Part shown: positions 22,501 through 31,601 of the stretch, piece after piece
Numbering within the stretch: the first letter of the stretch is position 1
How the letters are laid out: each line of letters opens with the position of its first letter
Origin: a virus
Strand: one strand, 5' to 3'
DNA: 64,000 nucleotides
Virus record (IMG/VR): IMGVR_UViG_3300021976_000006
Coordinates: 1 to 64,000 of that record
The notes under the pieces: model-generated
Seen by the model: only the letters and a program-made list of their open reading frames with translations
Told to the model about the DNA's origin: nothing
Databases searched by the model: none
Program-made: the position numbers and the translations under genes

Positions 22501-25500
22501 TAAATGCAGTAACAAACTTTCTCCAAAGATCATAATTCTTAGTTATATCTTGAGTATTTATACCACCTTCAAGAGTTAATCCTAAATCATTTAATAATTG
22601 ATTAAATACAGCATTAATATCAGTATCAAATTCAGCTAAAGCTTTAAATCTAGGAAGTACACTTACTTCTTCAATACCGCCTAATGCTCTAACTAAACCT
22701 CTATAAACTTTCTTAAAGTCTACAGCTTCTTCTATATCCTGACCATATTCATCATTAGTTTTAACAGTAACTAAAGATATATACTCTCTTAATACTTTAC
22801 TAAATGAAGTCTCACCACCAATAGTCCAAACATCTTTATCAAATACTTCTCCTATATCATCAATATTCTCTTGATCTTCTTCTATAGTTCTAGCTTCATC
22901 AATATCAAATATTTGAGATTTAGCTCTAACATCTTTCTTAAGAGCAGCAATATTAGTTGGTAATGTAAATACATTTCTTTTTAATTCTAAGTTTCTAGAC
23001 ATAGCATCAATAAAGATGTCATCATTCATTAATCCTTTATCCTCTAAATATTGAGCATAATAAGGATTTTCATCTATACTATAGAATTTAGCTTTTTCAG
23101 CTATTAATATATCCAAGATAGCATTATCTGATAATCCTGGATGTAATTTATTTATTTTTGATTGTAATAATTTATTAGTTAAACTTGCTACAATACCTTG
23201 ACCTTCTAATTGAGTAGTAGTAATTGTATTACTAGTAGCATCTGTACCTTTAGTAAATATACTAAATACTCTTTCTTGATTTGCATAACTAGAAAATATA
23301 TTAGATTGTATAGTAGCATTTTTAAATTTACCTCTATTAATATTATAGAATAGAGATTGTAGTTCATCCATTTTACCAGTAATAAATCTAAACCATTCAG
23401 TTATTTTATTCCATATTGAATTTAATCCTGATTTATTAGTATTAGCTGAGTTAGCATATGTTTTAAAATCATTAGCCATTTTCTCTTCTAACCATAAATC
23501 AGCTAATTGATTATCTATATAATTAGAATACACAGATGAACTAGCTTTTAAATTAGATATATCAGCTGAAGTAGCTTTACCATATTTTTGAGCAGCTATA
23601 TTATAAGCAGATTGTATCTGTTTATCAGATATTAACATTCTAAATACAGCGTGAAAAGCTTCATGATATTGTGTACCAGCTTCAGCAGTAGTATTAAGAT
23701 ATATAATATTATCAGAGAATGCACCAAAAGTGGTACCATTATTTTTAATATTACCTAATAGTCTATTTAGATCTTCTACAGATATAGTAGATGGTAAATT
23801 ATCATTAATCCATTGTATAGCTTGGGGATAATCCATAATTTCTTCAGATGTTCCTATAGAGAATACAGGATCACCAGTAGCAGGTTTATGTCTATTAATT
23901 ATCTCTCTTATTTTAACTTCTCTTCCTCTTTTTTGTAATTTATTTAAATCATTATAATTTTCTAATAAAGGTTGAACTTCATTAGATATTTGCTGTTTTA
24001 ATTGATTTGATAGTTCATTATAAGAAGGATCAAATTTAGATAAATCTTCTATTGGAACAATAATAGTTTCTTCTTCAATAGACGTTTCTTCTGGATATTC
24101 AATATCATCTTCTATTAAATTTATAGTAGGATCAATATCCATCTCACTAACTATATAATCAGCAAAAGGATTGTCAGAATCAATTATATTACCTTGAGAT
24201 TCAGTAACTTGTTCAGTAGTTGGATTATTAACTACAAAATCATTTAATTTAGCATCATCAATTTTAAAAGTAATCTGATTCTGTAAAGCAGGATTTACTA
24301 TAACACTAGGAACAACATTAATAGATAATCTAGAAACAGCATCTTTTGCAGATATTGCATCAGCTACTGTAGTTCTAAGATTGGTTCTATTTAATCCTAA
24401 TTGATCTATTAAATCAGATATAGTTCCATAAGTACTAGCATCTAAAGCTACACGTTTACCTTTTTGGCCTTTAATTTTTAAAGCTAAAGTATAACCTTTA
24501 TTTGTAGCATTAGGAGTAGTAATCTGTAATTGAGCATAAAGAATAGATACAAATATATTATCACTTAAATATCTATTTATTTTTGATACTTCTTCTTTCA
24601 TAGTATCAGGATCAGTAATAGCTTTTAATTTAGTTACTGAATCAAATAAATATTTATATAACTGATTTTGTTTTTGTTCACTAAGTACTTGATTTTGAGC
24701 ACCTACCCAGTAATATTTACCATTATTAGCTTGAACTAATACTACATATCTATCTTCAAGTTCTTTAGGAATAGAAGGAACATTTTCATCTTCTCTCATA
24801 TCTCTAGTACCTTCAGTTATCTCTAACTGTCTTACTTGATCATATATATATGGTTTACCATTATTAGCAGGTAATTTAGCAGCAAGAAAATCCTTAATTA
24901 ATGTTCTAGGAGTTTCAGGATCAAACGTAAAATCTCCATTCCAATTTAAGTTAAAACCTAAAGTGGTTAAATCTTGAGGATTTAATCTTCCTCTTTCTTT
25001 AAGCAATGCATTTATTTTAGCATTCCTTGCTACAGTTTTATTATATCCTTCTGAAGTTAAATTAAAATTAACACTATCAGTTTGTTCAACACCATCTATT
25101 TGATTGATATTACCTAGTTTTTTACCTTGATATTCTAATGATACAATCATTGAAGGTATTAAATAAGATGTAGTAGAGTTAAATTGACTAACTTTCTGTC
25201 CAGCTACATAACCTAAGTCCGCTGGATTTTGAGCTACTAATTCTACATTAGCTAATATTTGACTTATTGGAGTATTATGAAATATATCTCTAACTTCAGC
25301 ATCAGTATAATACTGAGGATTAGTTTCCATAAATCTCAATCTCTGAAGTCTATCAAAGAAACTAACATTGGTAACTAATTGAATATTATCATTGGCTTTA
25401 GCTTCTTTAGTTTCTTGTTCTAAATTAGCAGCTTCTTGAACTTTAGTTTTCTCTTCTTCTCTAATAGCTAGTAATCTCTGAGAAACTTGCGCATGTAAAT

Positions 25501-28351
25501 CTCTTAAAGCATCTATATTAATACCATTAGAATTAAAACCTGGAACTACTTGCTCCATATCTTTTTTAAGAGCAGATAAAGCAGGTTCAGATATATCACT
25601 AGATAATGATTGTACAGCTTTAACTTTATTAGCAGTTTGAGCTAAATAATCATCATAATCTTTTTGTACTTGAGAACCTTGTAAATCCAATTGTTGTAAA
25701 TCAAAATTAAGATCATCTAATCTTTGAGTTAAAGAATCAATTGTTTGTTGATCTAAATCAGCAGGATTCTCTAAAGCTTGAGTTACATTATTAATTTCAC
25801 CTTGTAAGTATTCTTTAGTAAACACAGGAGATTGTGTATCATCTTCTTGTGTAATTGTATTATTTTCGTTTTGTATTTCAGGAACAGCTTCTACAGGAGT
25901 AGTAGTATTAACTTCAGCATCTTCAGCTGCCTGAATAGCTTCCTCTTGAGCAATTCCTTCTCTTAATTTTGATTGATACTCTGTTGAGGTAATATTGTTA
26001 TATTCAGATATTAAATCTTGAATAGCACTATTATTTCTAGATTTACTACTTTCCCAAACACTTAATGCTAATTTCTCTCTATTAAGTCTTTCTCTGACCT
26101 CTTTAGGAGATTCAATAGTAATGTTCTCAGGGCTTTGTAATTGTTCTTCTAAGCTCTCTATTCTGGTACTAGCATTATTAATTAATCTATCTACTTCTTT
26201 AGTATCTTCATTAATCACAAATCTATTAAATTTATTATTAATAATATCACCTTGATTTAAATAATTTTCTTCATAAGCTTGTACTGTACCATCTTCTTTT
26301 GGATTATAGTTTTCAGTTAAATAATCATTATAGAATTTAATATTCAATTGATTATTTCTAATATCTTTACTTATTTCTTTTGCTCTAGTAGCTTTTTCTT
26401 CAGAACTTAAATCTGGATTAGATTGTATTTCAGATAATTTTTTACTAAGATCTTCATTTTTCTTATTAAGATCAAATGTATTATTTATAATACCTAAAGC
26501 TTCTGATTTAACTTGTTGAGATTTATTAGTATCAGGTAAAGTGTTAAGAGTATCAAATAAACCAGTATTTTGTTTATAGATATTATCTAATTGATTTATT
26601 CTTTCTAAATAGAAGTCTAACTGTTGATCAGATATAACTTTCCCATTATGAAGAGTTTTAGTTATAGCTTCTACTTCATTCCTTTTACCATCTGCAATAG
26701 CAGGTATAATACTGTCATCTGAATAGTGTTTTTTACCACGAATTTTATCTAATCCTACTTTACTAATATCACCACCAGCACCTAATATAGCCCCAAATAA
26801 AGCAGCTTCTAAACCTTCTTTAATAGTGTCTTTAGAGAAGAATTTAGTTCCAAACTTACCTTCTCCCTCTTTTTCACTACTACCTATAGATAAATCATAT
26901 AGATTTTCAACACCTCTTTGTGAAAATGTTTGAAATAATTCTTCTAAACCCTCCTCAGCTGCTGATCCTAAATATTTATTCTCAAATAAATCATTCATGA
27001 ATTTACCAGCATTACCAGATAAACCTTTTTTAAAGTTATTAAATACTTTACTAATAGCTGCTTCTGATACATCACCACCTAGTTCATTAAGTACAGATCT
27101 AGCTAATACTTTATCTCCACCTCCACCTAACCAGTTAACTAATCTGTTAGTACCAACTGCTGATTCTATTAAACCATTAATAGCACCAGTTAATAAACCA
27201 ACACTACCTGCTTTAGCTTCAGATAAACCTGAATTTAAAGCTGATTCATAAGCTTCATTATAATTTAATATAGCACCAGCACCAAAGTTAACAAGTGTAT
27301 CAAACTTAGCAGTTTGTGAGGCAGCAGGAGCAATAGCAGAACCTAATAGTCTACCAGCAGTACCCATAATAGCCATTTGAGCTAAAGATGCAGCACCTTG
27401 TCCTATACCACCGCCTAACCATTCAGCTGTACCTCCAACTCCAGGTTTAGTTTGATCTATAGTTACATTAGTATTAAATCTTTTACCAAATTCTGTTGAG
27501 TTTTCAGCATATTCTTTTGCTAAATCACCAGTTCCAGGTAAAGCAGCATAAACATTAGAAACACCCCTATTAAAGTTAACTAAGTTTTTTGCTAAACCTG
27601 AATATGTATTTGCTAAACCAGCACCTACTTCTCTAAAGAAACCTTTTTGAAAAGGTACTGCTCCATAAGCATTTAATACTGATTTACCAGTTTTAACTAT
27701 TTTATCATAATTCTCTATTTTAGTTTTAGCTAAAATATCATTTCCTTCTGCATCTTTATCAAGATAGAAGAAGTATTGACTATTAGGATTAAAGTTTAAT
27801 TTAAGTTTTCTGTCTCCTAATACATTTTGTTCAATACCAAGACCATATTTTATATTATCTAAAACATCATCTTTTTCCATTAAAGGTAAATTCTCATCTA
27901 ATGATTCTAGATTACCAAAATCATCGTTTCTTACAACACCATTTAATAGAGCTTTATCAAATCTTTTATTTTGATTATAAGCACCCAATACTTCATCTTT
28001 AATTTGATCAGTAGATTTAGCTGTAGATTCAGCAAGTAATTTATCATCTTGTTTAGAAAATGGATCTAATACTGTATTAAGAGCACTAGTTGCACTATTA
28101 AGAATACTATTCCAGTATTCAGAAACTCTAGCTTGTTTATTAATATCTTCTTCTTTTAAACCAGCATCAACTAAATCTTGATCCTTTTTAGCTTTTTGAT
28201 TTCTAACTTCTTGTTCAAAATCAAATGCTTCTACAGGATTAACTGAAGAAAATTGTTGACTATTCAAATTTCTAGAAGCTTCATTAGAGGCTATACTAGA
28301 TTTACCTGAACTTAGTTTATTTAATAGACTATCTAATTCTTTATCTGGCAT
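16511..28351 (-). CDS. Giant virion RNA polymerase polyprotein (crAss-like) with zincin domain
   Basis: GVRIPTQ and GADFDID catalytic motif, DAQSY, SAMTDNAK; HEAFH...EEKMA zincin; N-terminal Gly/Ala hydrophobic region. Confidence 0.9.
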   Translation of the reverse strand: MPDKELDSLLNKLSSGKSSIASNEASRNLNSQQFSSVNPVEAFDFEQEVRNQKAKKDQDLVDAGLKEEDINKQARVSEYWNSILNSATSALNTVLDPFSKQDDKLLAESTAKSTDQIKDEVLGAYNQNKRFDKALLNGVVRNDDFGNLESLDENLPLMEKDDVLDNIKYGLGIEQNVLGDRKLKLNFNPNSQYFFYLDKDAEGNDILAKTKIENYDKIVKTGKSVLNAYGAVPFQKGFFREVGAGLANTYSGLAKNLVNFNRGVSNVYAALPGTGDLAKEYAENSTEFGKRFNTNVTIDQTKPGVGGTAEWLGGGIGQGAASLAQMAIMGTAGRLLGSAIAPAASQTAKFDTLVNFGAGAILNYNEAYESALNSGLSEAKAGSVGLLTGAINGLIESAVGTNRLVNWLGGGGDKVLARSVLNELGGDVSEAAISKVFNNFKKGLSGNAGKFMNDLFENKYLGSAAEEGLEELFQTFSQRGVENLYDLSIGSSEKEGEGKFGTKFFSKDTIKEGLEAALFGAILGAGGDISKVGLDKIRGKKHYSDDSIIPAIADGKRNEVEAITKTLHNGKVISDQQLDFYLERINQLDNIYKQNTGLFDTLNTLPDTNKSQQVKSEALGIINNTFDLNKKNEDLSKKLSEIQSNPDLSSEEKATRAKEISKDIRNNQLNIKFYNDYLTENYNPKEDGTVQAYEENYLNQGDIINNKFNRFVINEDTKEVDRLINNASTRIESLEEQLQSPENITIESPKEVRERLNREKLALSVWESSKSRNNSAIQDLISEYNNITSTEYQSKLREGIAQEEAIQAAEDAEVNTTTPVEAVPEIQNENNTITQEDDTQSPVFTKEYLQGEINNVTQALENPADLDQQTIDSLTQRLDDLNFDLQQLDLQGSQVQKDYDDYLAQTANKVKAVQSLSSDISEPALSALKKDMEQVVPGFNSNGINIDALRDLHAQVSQRLLAIREEEKTKVQEAANLEQETKEAKANDNIQLVTNVSFFDRLQRLRFMETNPQYYTDAEVRDIFHNTPISQILANVELVAQNPADLGYVAGQKVSQFNSTTSYLIPSMIVSLEYQGKKLGNINQIDGVEQTDSVNFNLTSEGYNKTVARNAKINALLKERGRLNPQDLTTLGFNLNWNGDFTFDPETPRTLIKDFLAAKLPANNGKPYIYDQVRQLEITEGTRDMREDENVPSIPKELEDRYVVLVQANNGKYYWVGAQNQVLSEQKQNQLYKYLFDSVTKLKAITDPDTMKEEVSKINRYLSDNIFVSILYAQLQITTPNATNKGYTLALKIKGQKGKRVALDASTYGTISDLIDQLGLNRTNLRTTVADAISAKDAVSRLSINVVPSVIVNPALQNQITFKIDDAKLNDFVVNNPTTEQVTESQGNIIDSDNPFADYIVSEMDIDPTINLIEDDIEYPEETSIEEETIIVPIEDLSKFDPSYNELSNQLKQQISNEVQPLLENYNDLNKLQKRGREVKIREIINRHKPATGDPVFSIGTSEEIMDYPQAIQWINDNLPSTISVEDLNRLLGNIKNNGTTFGAFSDNIIYLNTTAEAGTQYHEAFHAVFRMLISDKQIQSAYNIAAQKYGKATSADISNLKASSSVYSNYIDNQLADLWLEEKMANDFKTYANSANTNKSGLNSIWNKITEWFRFITGKMDELQSLFYNINRGKFKNATIQSNIFSSYANQERVFSIFTKGTDATSNTITTTQLEGQGIVASLTNKLLQSKINKLHPGLSDNAILDILIAEKAKFYSIDENPYYAQYLEDKGLMNDDIFIDAMSRNLELKRNVFTLPTNIAALKKDVRAKSQIFDIDEARTIEEDQENIDDIGEVFDKDVWTIGGETSFSKVLREYISLVTVKTNDEYGQDIEEAVDFKKVYRGLVRALGGIEEVSVLPRFKALAEFDTDINAVFNQLLNDLGLTLEGGINTQDITKNYDLWRKFVTAFNNEKVAWYTILHSNEQSRLIESNNASAKDVQFNEWLQNYSITIEETAFDENLKKAINSTVDFINRSENINVDTFNEAKLRSNEIKNAFSKVSIKLSNAYITYSLLKKAPYDSLDQEGRDFVDSFLGVEGLYDAGNIPFIVSEFKSGYNPFLTSKDDKGRERGAATRIKSIAEQNALFDPTVGENSFQNADGKNVYSIIRPSFGLVKLRWLVDPVERQRVLEQEKTKKDDFINPLENKQLNHLLADENVDLIMKGLTPSMIDGYRQTTIEGDVNKVEEGEGVTFGKFNAQQYLLSDMLMFLSNRKSLNRADETGKAKRVGQAALFNINQMEASNTGYGVFLPVNDFKTINSKATDILFDYLAQEAIRIHKVKTQFGKPETTVWKGYNDKQGARGFKLMEFSGYELDQYIDDITNDPNNKTAEDIYATLLYEEDKIKQLIKLKLESDIASFKLALQSNDVISKLPNIELIKQGYLKDKEELKADKADKLITDFYLNAYINTLGINNLLLDNYAKKVKNTVDWFKRAKGIIGSGPDMGEGFTKVAVYKEPTKFIETTNLTEFDIQAFQEVKRTELEAEGVLNTQEIEDAIKVFTKDLNLGKIDIADAQSYVTLDHKILQLQRWGRFPTQVANIYNKIMNGQHITWNEKNILEKNNSALNSTKTVAYNGDFYFKLSELILSPNLVGAKDKEGNTIMGVIKDINGNDVPFPSKPLEGFEYLYNKYKAMIIQGVDQALPESASKMATIAPAEFAEDGKFDFTKSIMDLENKFKRLQVETPSGKSKIIHGTQLIQLIHSEQDDNLAIDFQYNDDIKTLGQLRDYYRQLLADNRLDGFREAIAYMRDPISGEFNSKALTKKFYDTIIASGSDEVLSNFFTPDHNGERQFNWNLGPIVNKAEQLFLAHFSKGVLSQKVPGLKVSLVSDTGIFIKDKETGKMRSLEHMKLDADGNYYSECLLPAFANELLGKDPSDERFQEVLKMFGVRIPTQDKHSMMSLKVVGFLPVEYGSVGVFPKQIVFLSGADFDIDSEFIHRADFYTDENGTPILYGTAKTDIEKYREYKKWNMSNNKLLKTKFKDLGFSYTKATVDETMSVFKALNMPSTLAEFIEQKPINRGVNNNGLLKAQIKFLTNDYVRSRAATIPASMDSIKDVAKDVERILGLDQNLTVSPNTPIARFNANRSNMEGKSGIAPVAIANVTHALLSTYNVELLNGMILPTISGRKATGFSGINTINSDTNRKNDNISTLLSAMTDNAKEQLAKLLNLTFNGATTDTLPTVAYMLSIGYTMEEAILFMNQPTIRHYVSGDIRLGIKLDDLQRKLDKEIQLNTGFDPNSSNLSPEQFDKIQRYKDTHKKTLSVQVLQDSLNENDLEPTDLLHLNEVSEYFNALQTQAKYTSNVSKLLSLNKGMKSTFDQNFRLEKVLKDLQLDFINDYITSDIDTYDQLINKLVDKKVVKHKTESNTKFVTDINIPVFKIGDDINATPFDARLALLSDPNTIQNIIIYKKVLDTSKEFFLLNTNVFRTMNGLTTLGLKELIPHFMDKSYKTYLEEVFPEKYDNLMIAHQNAGYMIHKSGDNSVGRDLYNLKKDPNFRNNLLIKLLTLKEPARGSSIVRIEFPTRIKAEGDFYTNLNNAFKELFMNNQTREFARKLYYYSYFKDGLQFKNKSFINTIPSWVFKDVSTALDLLNDDFKNDDYSDYSSLKGGLITTVHDMLTSFARIESLAKKLPTMKRNSRAIFGQIENADKSRTTAFKNIQGIDFTSLDAYQKSMKELIKNTPKNALKEDLIDLYKVGGSLAYDIASHTESQEEIGLELVDVVTSKLLKSIKGFDASGVPITMTAEEVVKYYMDNGSLPIAFEVTTDIVKPIKENGLNSSIIDNQFIDSMSNIKKAIPKETVTPNNYTAQEILENDYVDLDNEEEIVEDTSLNLDNSENNSTFVNPFQDFDVTYSDGPSDIDFDDNDFTIFEEYQNGIDQSISDEQMLNDLDNDVEEYRDADDNPIC
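16705..16736 (-). promoter_or_regulatory. Promoter inside the 3' end of the vRNAP gene
   Basis: TTTG-N20-TACCTTTG. Confidence 0.7.
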
Positions 28352-28352
28352 C

Positions 28353-29996
28353 TTATTCGTTTGTTATGTTTTTTGCTTTACCTTGATTTTCAAAATAAGG
28401 TAATATTTCATTATCATAAATAGATTTTCTTGAATCATATGATTGTATTAACTCAAGTAGTGCTCTTTGTTTTTCAGTAGCTTTACCACTATTAAAATCT
28501 CTTTCAGCTTGTTTAACTGTTTCTAATTCTTCAGGACTAGAAGTTAAGTTAGTTTTAATAAAGTTAAGATCTAATTTTGCTTTACCTTCACTATTAAATA
28601 CATTACCATGTTGAGTTCTACCTAAACCTTCGTAATAAGCATTTGAATAACCCATTTCTCGTAAAGCTTCTTTAGGAGCTGCTGTTTTTAAGAATGATTT
28701 TAATTCTGGCTTATCTTTAGTACCAGCATTATAGTTATATTCAGCAACTGTTCTTTCTTCTACTTCATAAGGTATTCCATTTTTATAACCAAATGGTTTA
28801 CCATTAATATATTCTATTCTAGGTTTAGCAGTATTAACACCTTGTTTATTAGCATCAGTAACTAATAGCTGACCTGTTTTCTTATTAACCCAAGCATTTT
28901 TATACCCAACTAATGTACCATCTGATACATCTACTGTTTTTGATACTGGAGTTATTTTACCTTCACTAATATCATATATTTTACCACTTATCTTTTGATT
29001 TTTAACTGGTTGATTCTCAGTACCATATTGAGAAGTACCTGAACCAAATACTGCTTGTTTTTTACCTTCTTCACCAATAGTACTTATTGTACCAACTCTA
29101 TTATTAAATTCATTAAATGATGGAGCATTAGTAAAACTTTCTTTACCAGCAGCAACTACTTTTTGTCTAGCTGTTTCTGCTTTATATCTTTCAACACCTA
29201 ATTGATCTTGATCTCTTTTTTGTTGGTAAGCAAACTGACGTTCACTTAAACCATAATTTAAGAGTGCTGTATTAGTTTTTTCTTCTCTACCATACTGATT
29301 TACCAATCCAGATATATTACTCTGTACAGCTCTTTGAGCTTGTTCAGGAGATAAACCTTGTTGTTGATAAGCTCTCATTAATCTTTCCTGTCCAGCAGTA
29401 TCAGATGAAATAGCTTTTCTCCAGTTAGCTAAATTTCTAGAGTTTGTAGTTTTATTACCTATATCTTCCATAGAACCATGAGCTATAGCACCTGCTTTAG
29501 TCCAATCTTCTAATGTATTAACAGCTTCAACTCCTGGAATATTAGCAGTAAGATTACCTCTAGTATCAAGACCATTAAACTCTGGTTGAATAAATAATTT
29601 ACCTTCTGCTTTCATCTTAGCAGCAATTTGTTGATTCTGTCTAAGTTGTTCATTACCTTGTTTAATAGTAGCTAAACGAGGATCAGTAGCAAATTGTGTA
29701 TTTAATCTACGTATATCTCTTATAAACTCAGGATTAGAAGTATTACCTTGATATTTATCAAGTAAAGTACTAGCTTGAGCTTTAAAGTCATTTGTGAATT
29801 TATCTCTAAACTGAGCATAAGCTGGACTTAATGCTTCCATAGAAGCTAATCCTGCTTGTGTTTGTAATTGTTGCTGTTCAGCTTGATCACCTCTTTGCTG
29901 TATTGCTTGTCCAGCTTTTAACATCTCATCGAATGGCAGCGGAATATACTGTTCCAATGTTTGTTGAACTGGTTGGGAATATCTACTAATTGCCAT
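28353..29996 (-). CDS. Virion cargo/ejection protein
   Basis: YIPLPF N-terminal motif, Q-rich helical; between cargo and vRNAP genes. Confidence 0.65.
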   Translation of the reverse strand: MAISRYSQPVQQTLEQYIPLPFDEMLKAGQAIQQRGDQAEQQQLQTQAGLASMEALSPAYAQFRDKFTNDFKAQASTLLDKYQGNTSNPEFIRDIRRLNTQFATDPRLATIKQGNEQLRQNQQIAAKMKAEGKLFIQPEFNGLDTRGNLTANIPGVEAVNTLEDWTKAGAIAHGSMEDIGNKTTNSRNLANWRKAISSDTAGQERLMRAYQQQGLSPEQAQRAVQSNISGLVNQYGREEKTNTALLNYGLSERQFAYQQKRDQDQLGVERYKAETARQKVVAAGKESFTNAPSFNEFNNRVGTISTIGEEGKKQAVFGSGTSQYGTENQPVKNQKISGKIYDISEGKITPVSKTVDVSDGTLVGYKNAWVNKKTGQLLVTDANKQGVNTAKPRIEYINGKPFGYKNGIPYEVEERTVAEYNYNAGTKDKPELKSFLKTAAPKEALREMGYSNAYYEGLGRTQHGNVFNSEGKAKLDLNFIKTNLTSSPEELETVKQAERDFNSGKATEKQRALLELIQSYDSRKSIYDNEILPYFENQGKAKNITNE

Positions 29997-29998
29997 TT

Positions 29999-31597
29999 TT
30001 ATCTATTAAATGTGTTTTCATAAAATCTTAAGTTAGGAAACATTTCATATAACATTCTTTGTCTAAGAGCATCATTAGTTTTTTGTTGACCTATCATTTG
30101 TTGATTCTGATATGTTTGTTGTAGTTGTCCTAAACCTGTAGTTAATAGGTTTTGTTGAGCACCTTTATTTTGTAAGTTATTATTATAAATACCTAAATTA
30201 ATTTGTTGTGCTCTTGCTTGTTCTTCTACAGATTGTTGACCTAAGTTATTATATATACTACCTCTTTGTTGTCTAATTTGATTATTTGCTTGTTCTTGTT
30301 GCATATAAACATCTGCTAATTGATTTTGTGTATTAGCAAATACATTATTTTTATTAGCTCTAGCAATAGGATCACTAGAAGTAGTATTATTAATTTGTCT
30401 AAATTGAGCAGATTGATTTCTATCAATACGTCTTGCTAAAGGATTTAAACTAATTTCTTCTGGCATATTATTTAAAACCTGATTTGTATAAGGATTTAAT
30501 AATGGTTGTACATTTTGTTGTTGTTCTACTTTACCAAACATTCCTCTACCAATATTAATTAATGAAGGAGCATATTGAGCTATTGAATTAAGAACACTAC
30601 CTATTCCTGGAGTATTACTTCCTCCACCATTTTGTCCTAACTGAGGAGTATAAGCAGTTGTACTAGGAGCCATACCAGTTTGACCTATTTGACCAAATGG
30701 TCTTGTTGGAGGTTTAGCTCCAAATGCTGTTCCTGGAGATTGTATTCCGGTATTAGCAGATGGTGAAGATATTGGTAATAATCCTCTAGATTGTTGTAAT
30801 AACATTCCTGGATTAAAACCAGTCGCTGGATTTTGTGCTGATAAATAAGGAGGTTTAGTAGGATCAACAAATGAACCCAAAGCCATTTTATCAGTTGGTT
30901 TTTTACTATTCTTATAGTTTTTGATATTTTGTAAAATAGTGTTTTGAGTTATTTTATCATTATTATCTAAAGCTTGTTGATAATCTTTACTCTCTTTACT
31001 AGTTATAATAAATGTTCCTGATTCTGCTGTAACAAAATTATTCTTAGTATCTTTACCTTTAGAGTGAGGTTCATATAAACCACCAGTTTCAGGATTAATA
31101 CCAGTATATTTTCTTAATACTTTACCAGTAGCAGGATCAATTTGTAATTCACCTTTTTCTATATTAATAACTTCATTAGGTAACACTTCACCACCATCAG
31201 CAAATACTAAATTACCATAAGGATTACTATTAACAGTATCAAATTGTGATTCAATAGTTGTATTATAATTAGTTTTAGTAGCTTGTAGCTCAGCTGCTTT
31301 ACGGGCTTTTTCAGCTCTTTGTTTCTTATTAGATCCAAATATACCAGCTATACCACCAATTAAACCACCTCCAATAGCACCTATAGCAGTTCCAATACCT
31401 GGAATTACTGATCCTATAGAAGCTCCTAAACCAGCACCACTACCTGCTCCTGATAAAAAACCACCAGCATCAGTATCCTGACCTACAGCAGCACCTAGGA
31501 GATTTCCTCCTAAGCCTGCTATATTACCTACAACGTTTGGATCAACGTTGCCGCCCCATGCATATTTAGTATAATTTATTTTTTTATTTTTCTTCAT
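29999..31597 (-). CDS. Cargo protein with Gly-rich transmembrane segment (ejection channel candidate)
   Basis: GAGLGASIGSVIPGIGTAIGAIGGGLIGG; EKGE; Q/N-rich C-terminus; follows muzzle. Confidence 0.72.
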   Translation of the reverse strand: MKKNKKINYTKYAWGGNVDPNVVGNIAGLGGNLLGAAVGQDTDAGGFLSGAGSGAGLGASIGSVIPGIGTAIGAIGGGLIGGIAGIFGSNKKQRAEKARKAAELQATKTNYNTTIESQFDTVNSNPYGNLVFADGGEVLPNEVINIEKGELQIDPATGKVLRKYTGINPETGGLYEPHSKGKDTKNNFVTAESGTFIITSKESKDYQQALDNNDKITQNTILQNIKNYKNSKKPTDKMALGSFVDPTKPPYLSAQNPATGFNPGMLLQQSRGLLPISSPSANTGIQSPGTAFGAKPPTRPFGQIGQTGMAPSTTAYTPQLGQNGGGSNTPGIGSVLNSIAQYAPSLINIGRGMFGKVEQQQNVQPLLNPYTNQVLNNMPEEISLNPLARRIDRNQSAQFRQINNTTSSDPIARANKNNVFANTQNQLADVYMQQEQANNQIRQQRGSIYNNLGQQSVEEQARAQQINLGIYNNNLQNKGAQQNLLTTGLGQLQQTYQNQQMIGQQKTNDALRQRMLYEMFPNLRFYENTFNR

Positions 31598-31601
31598 TAT
31601 A

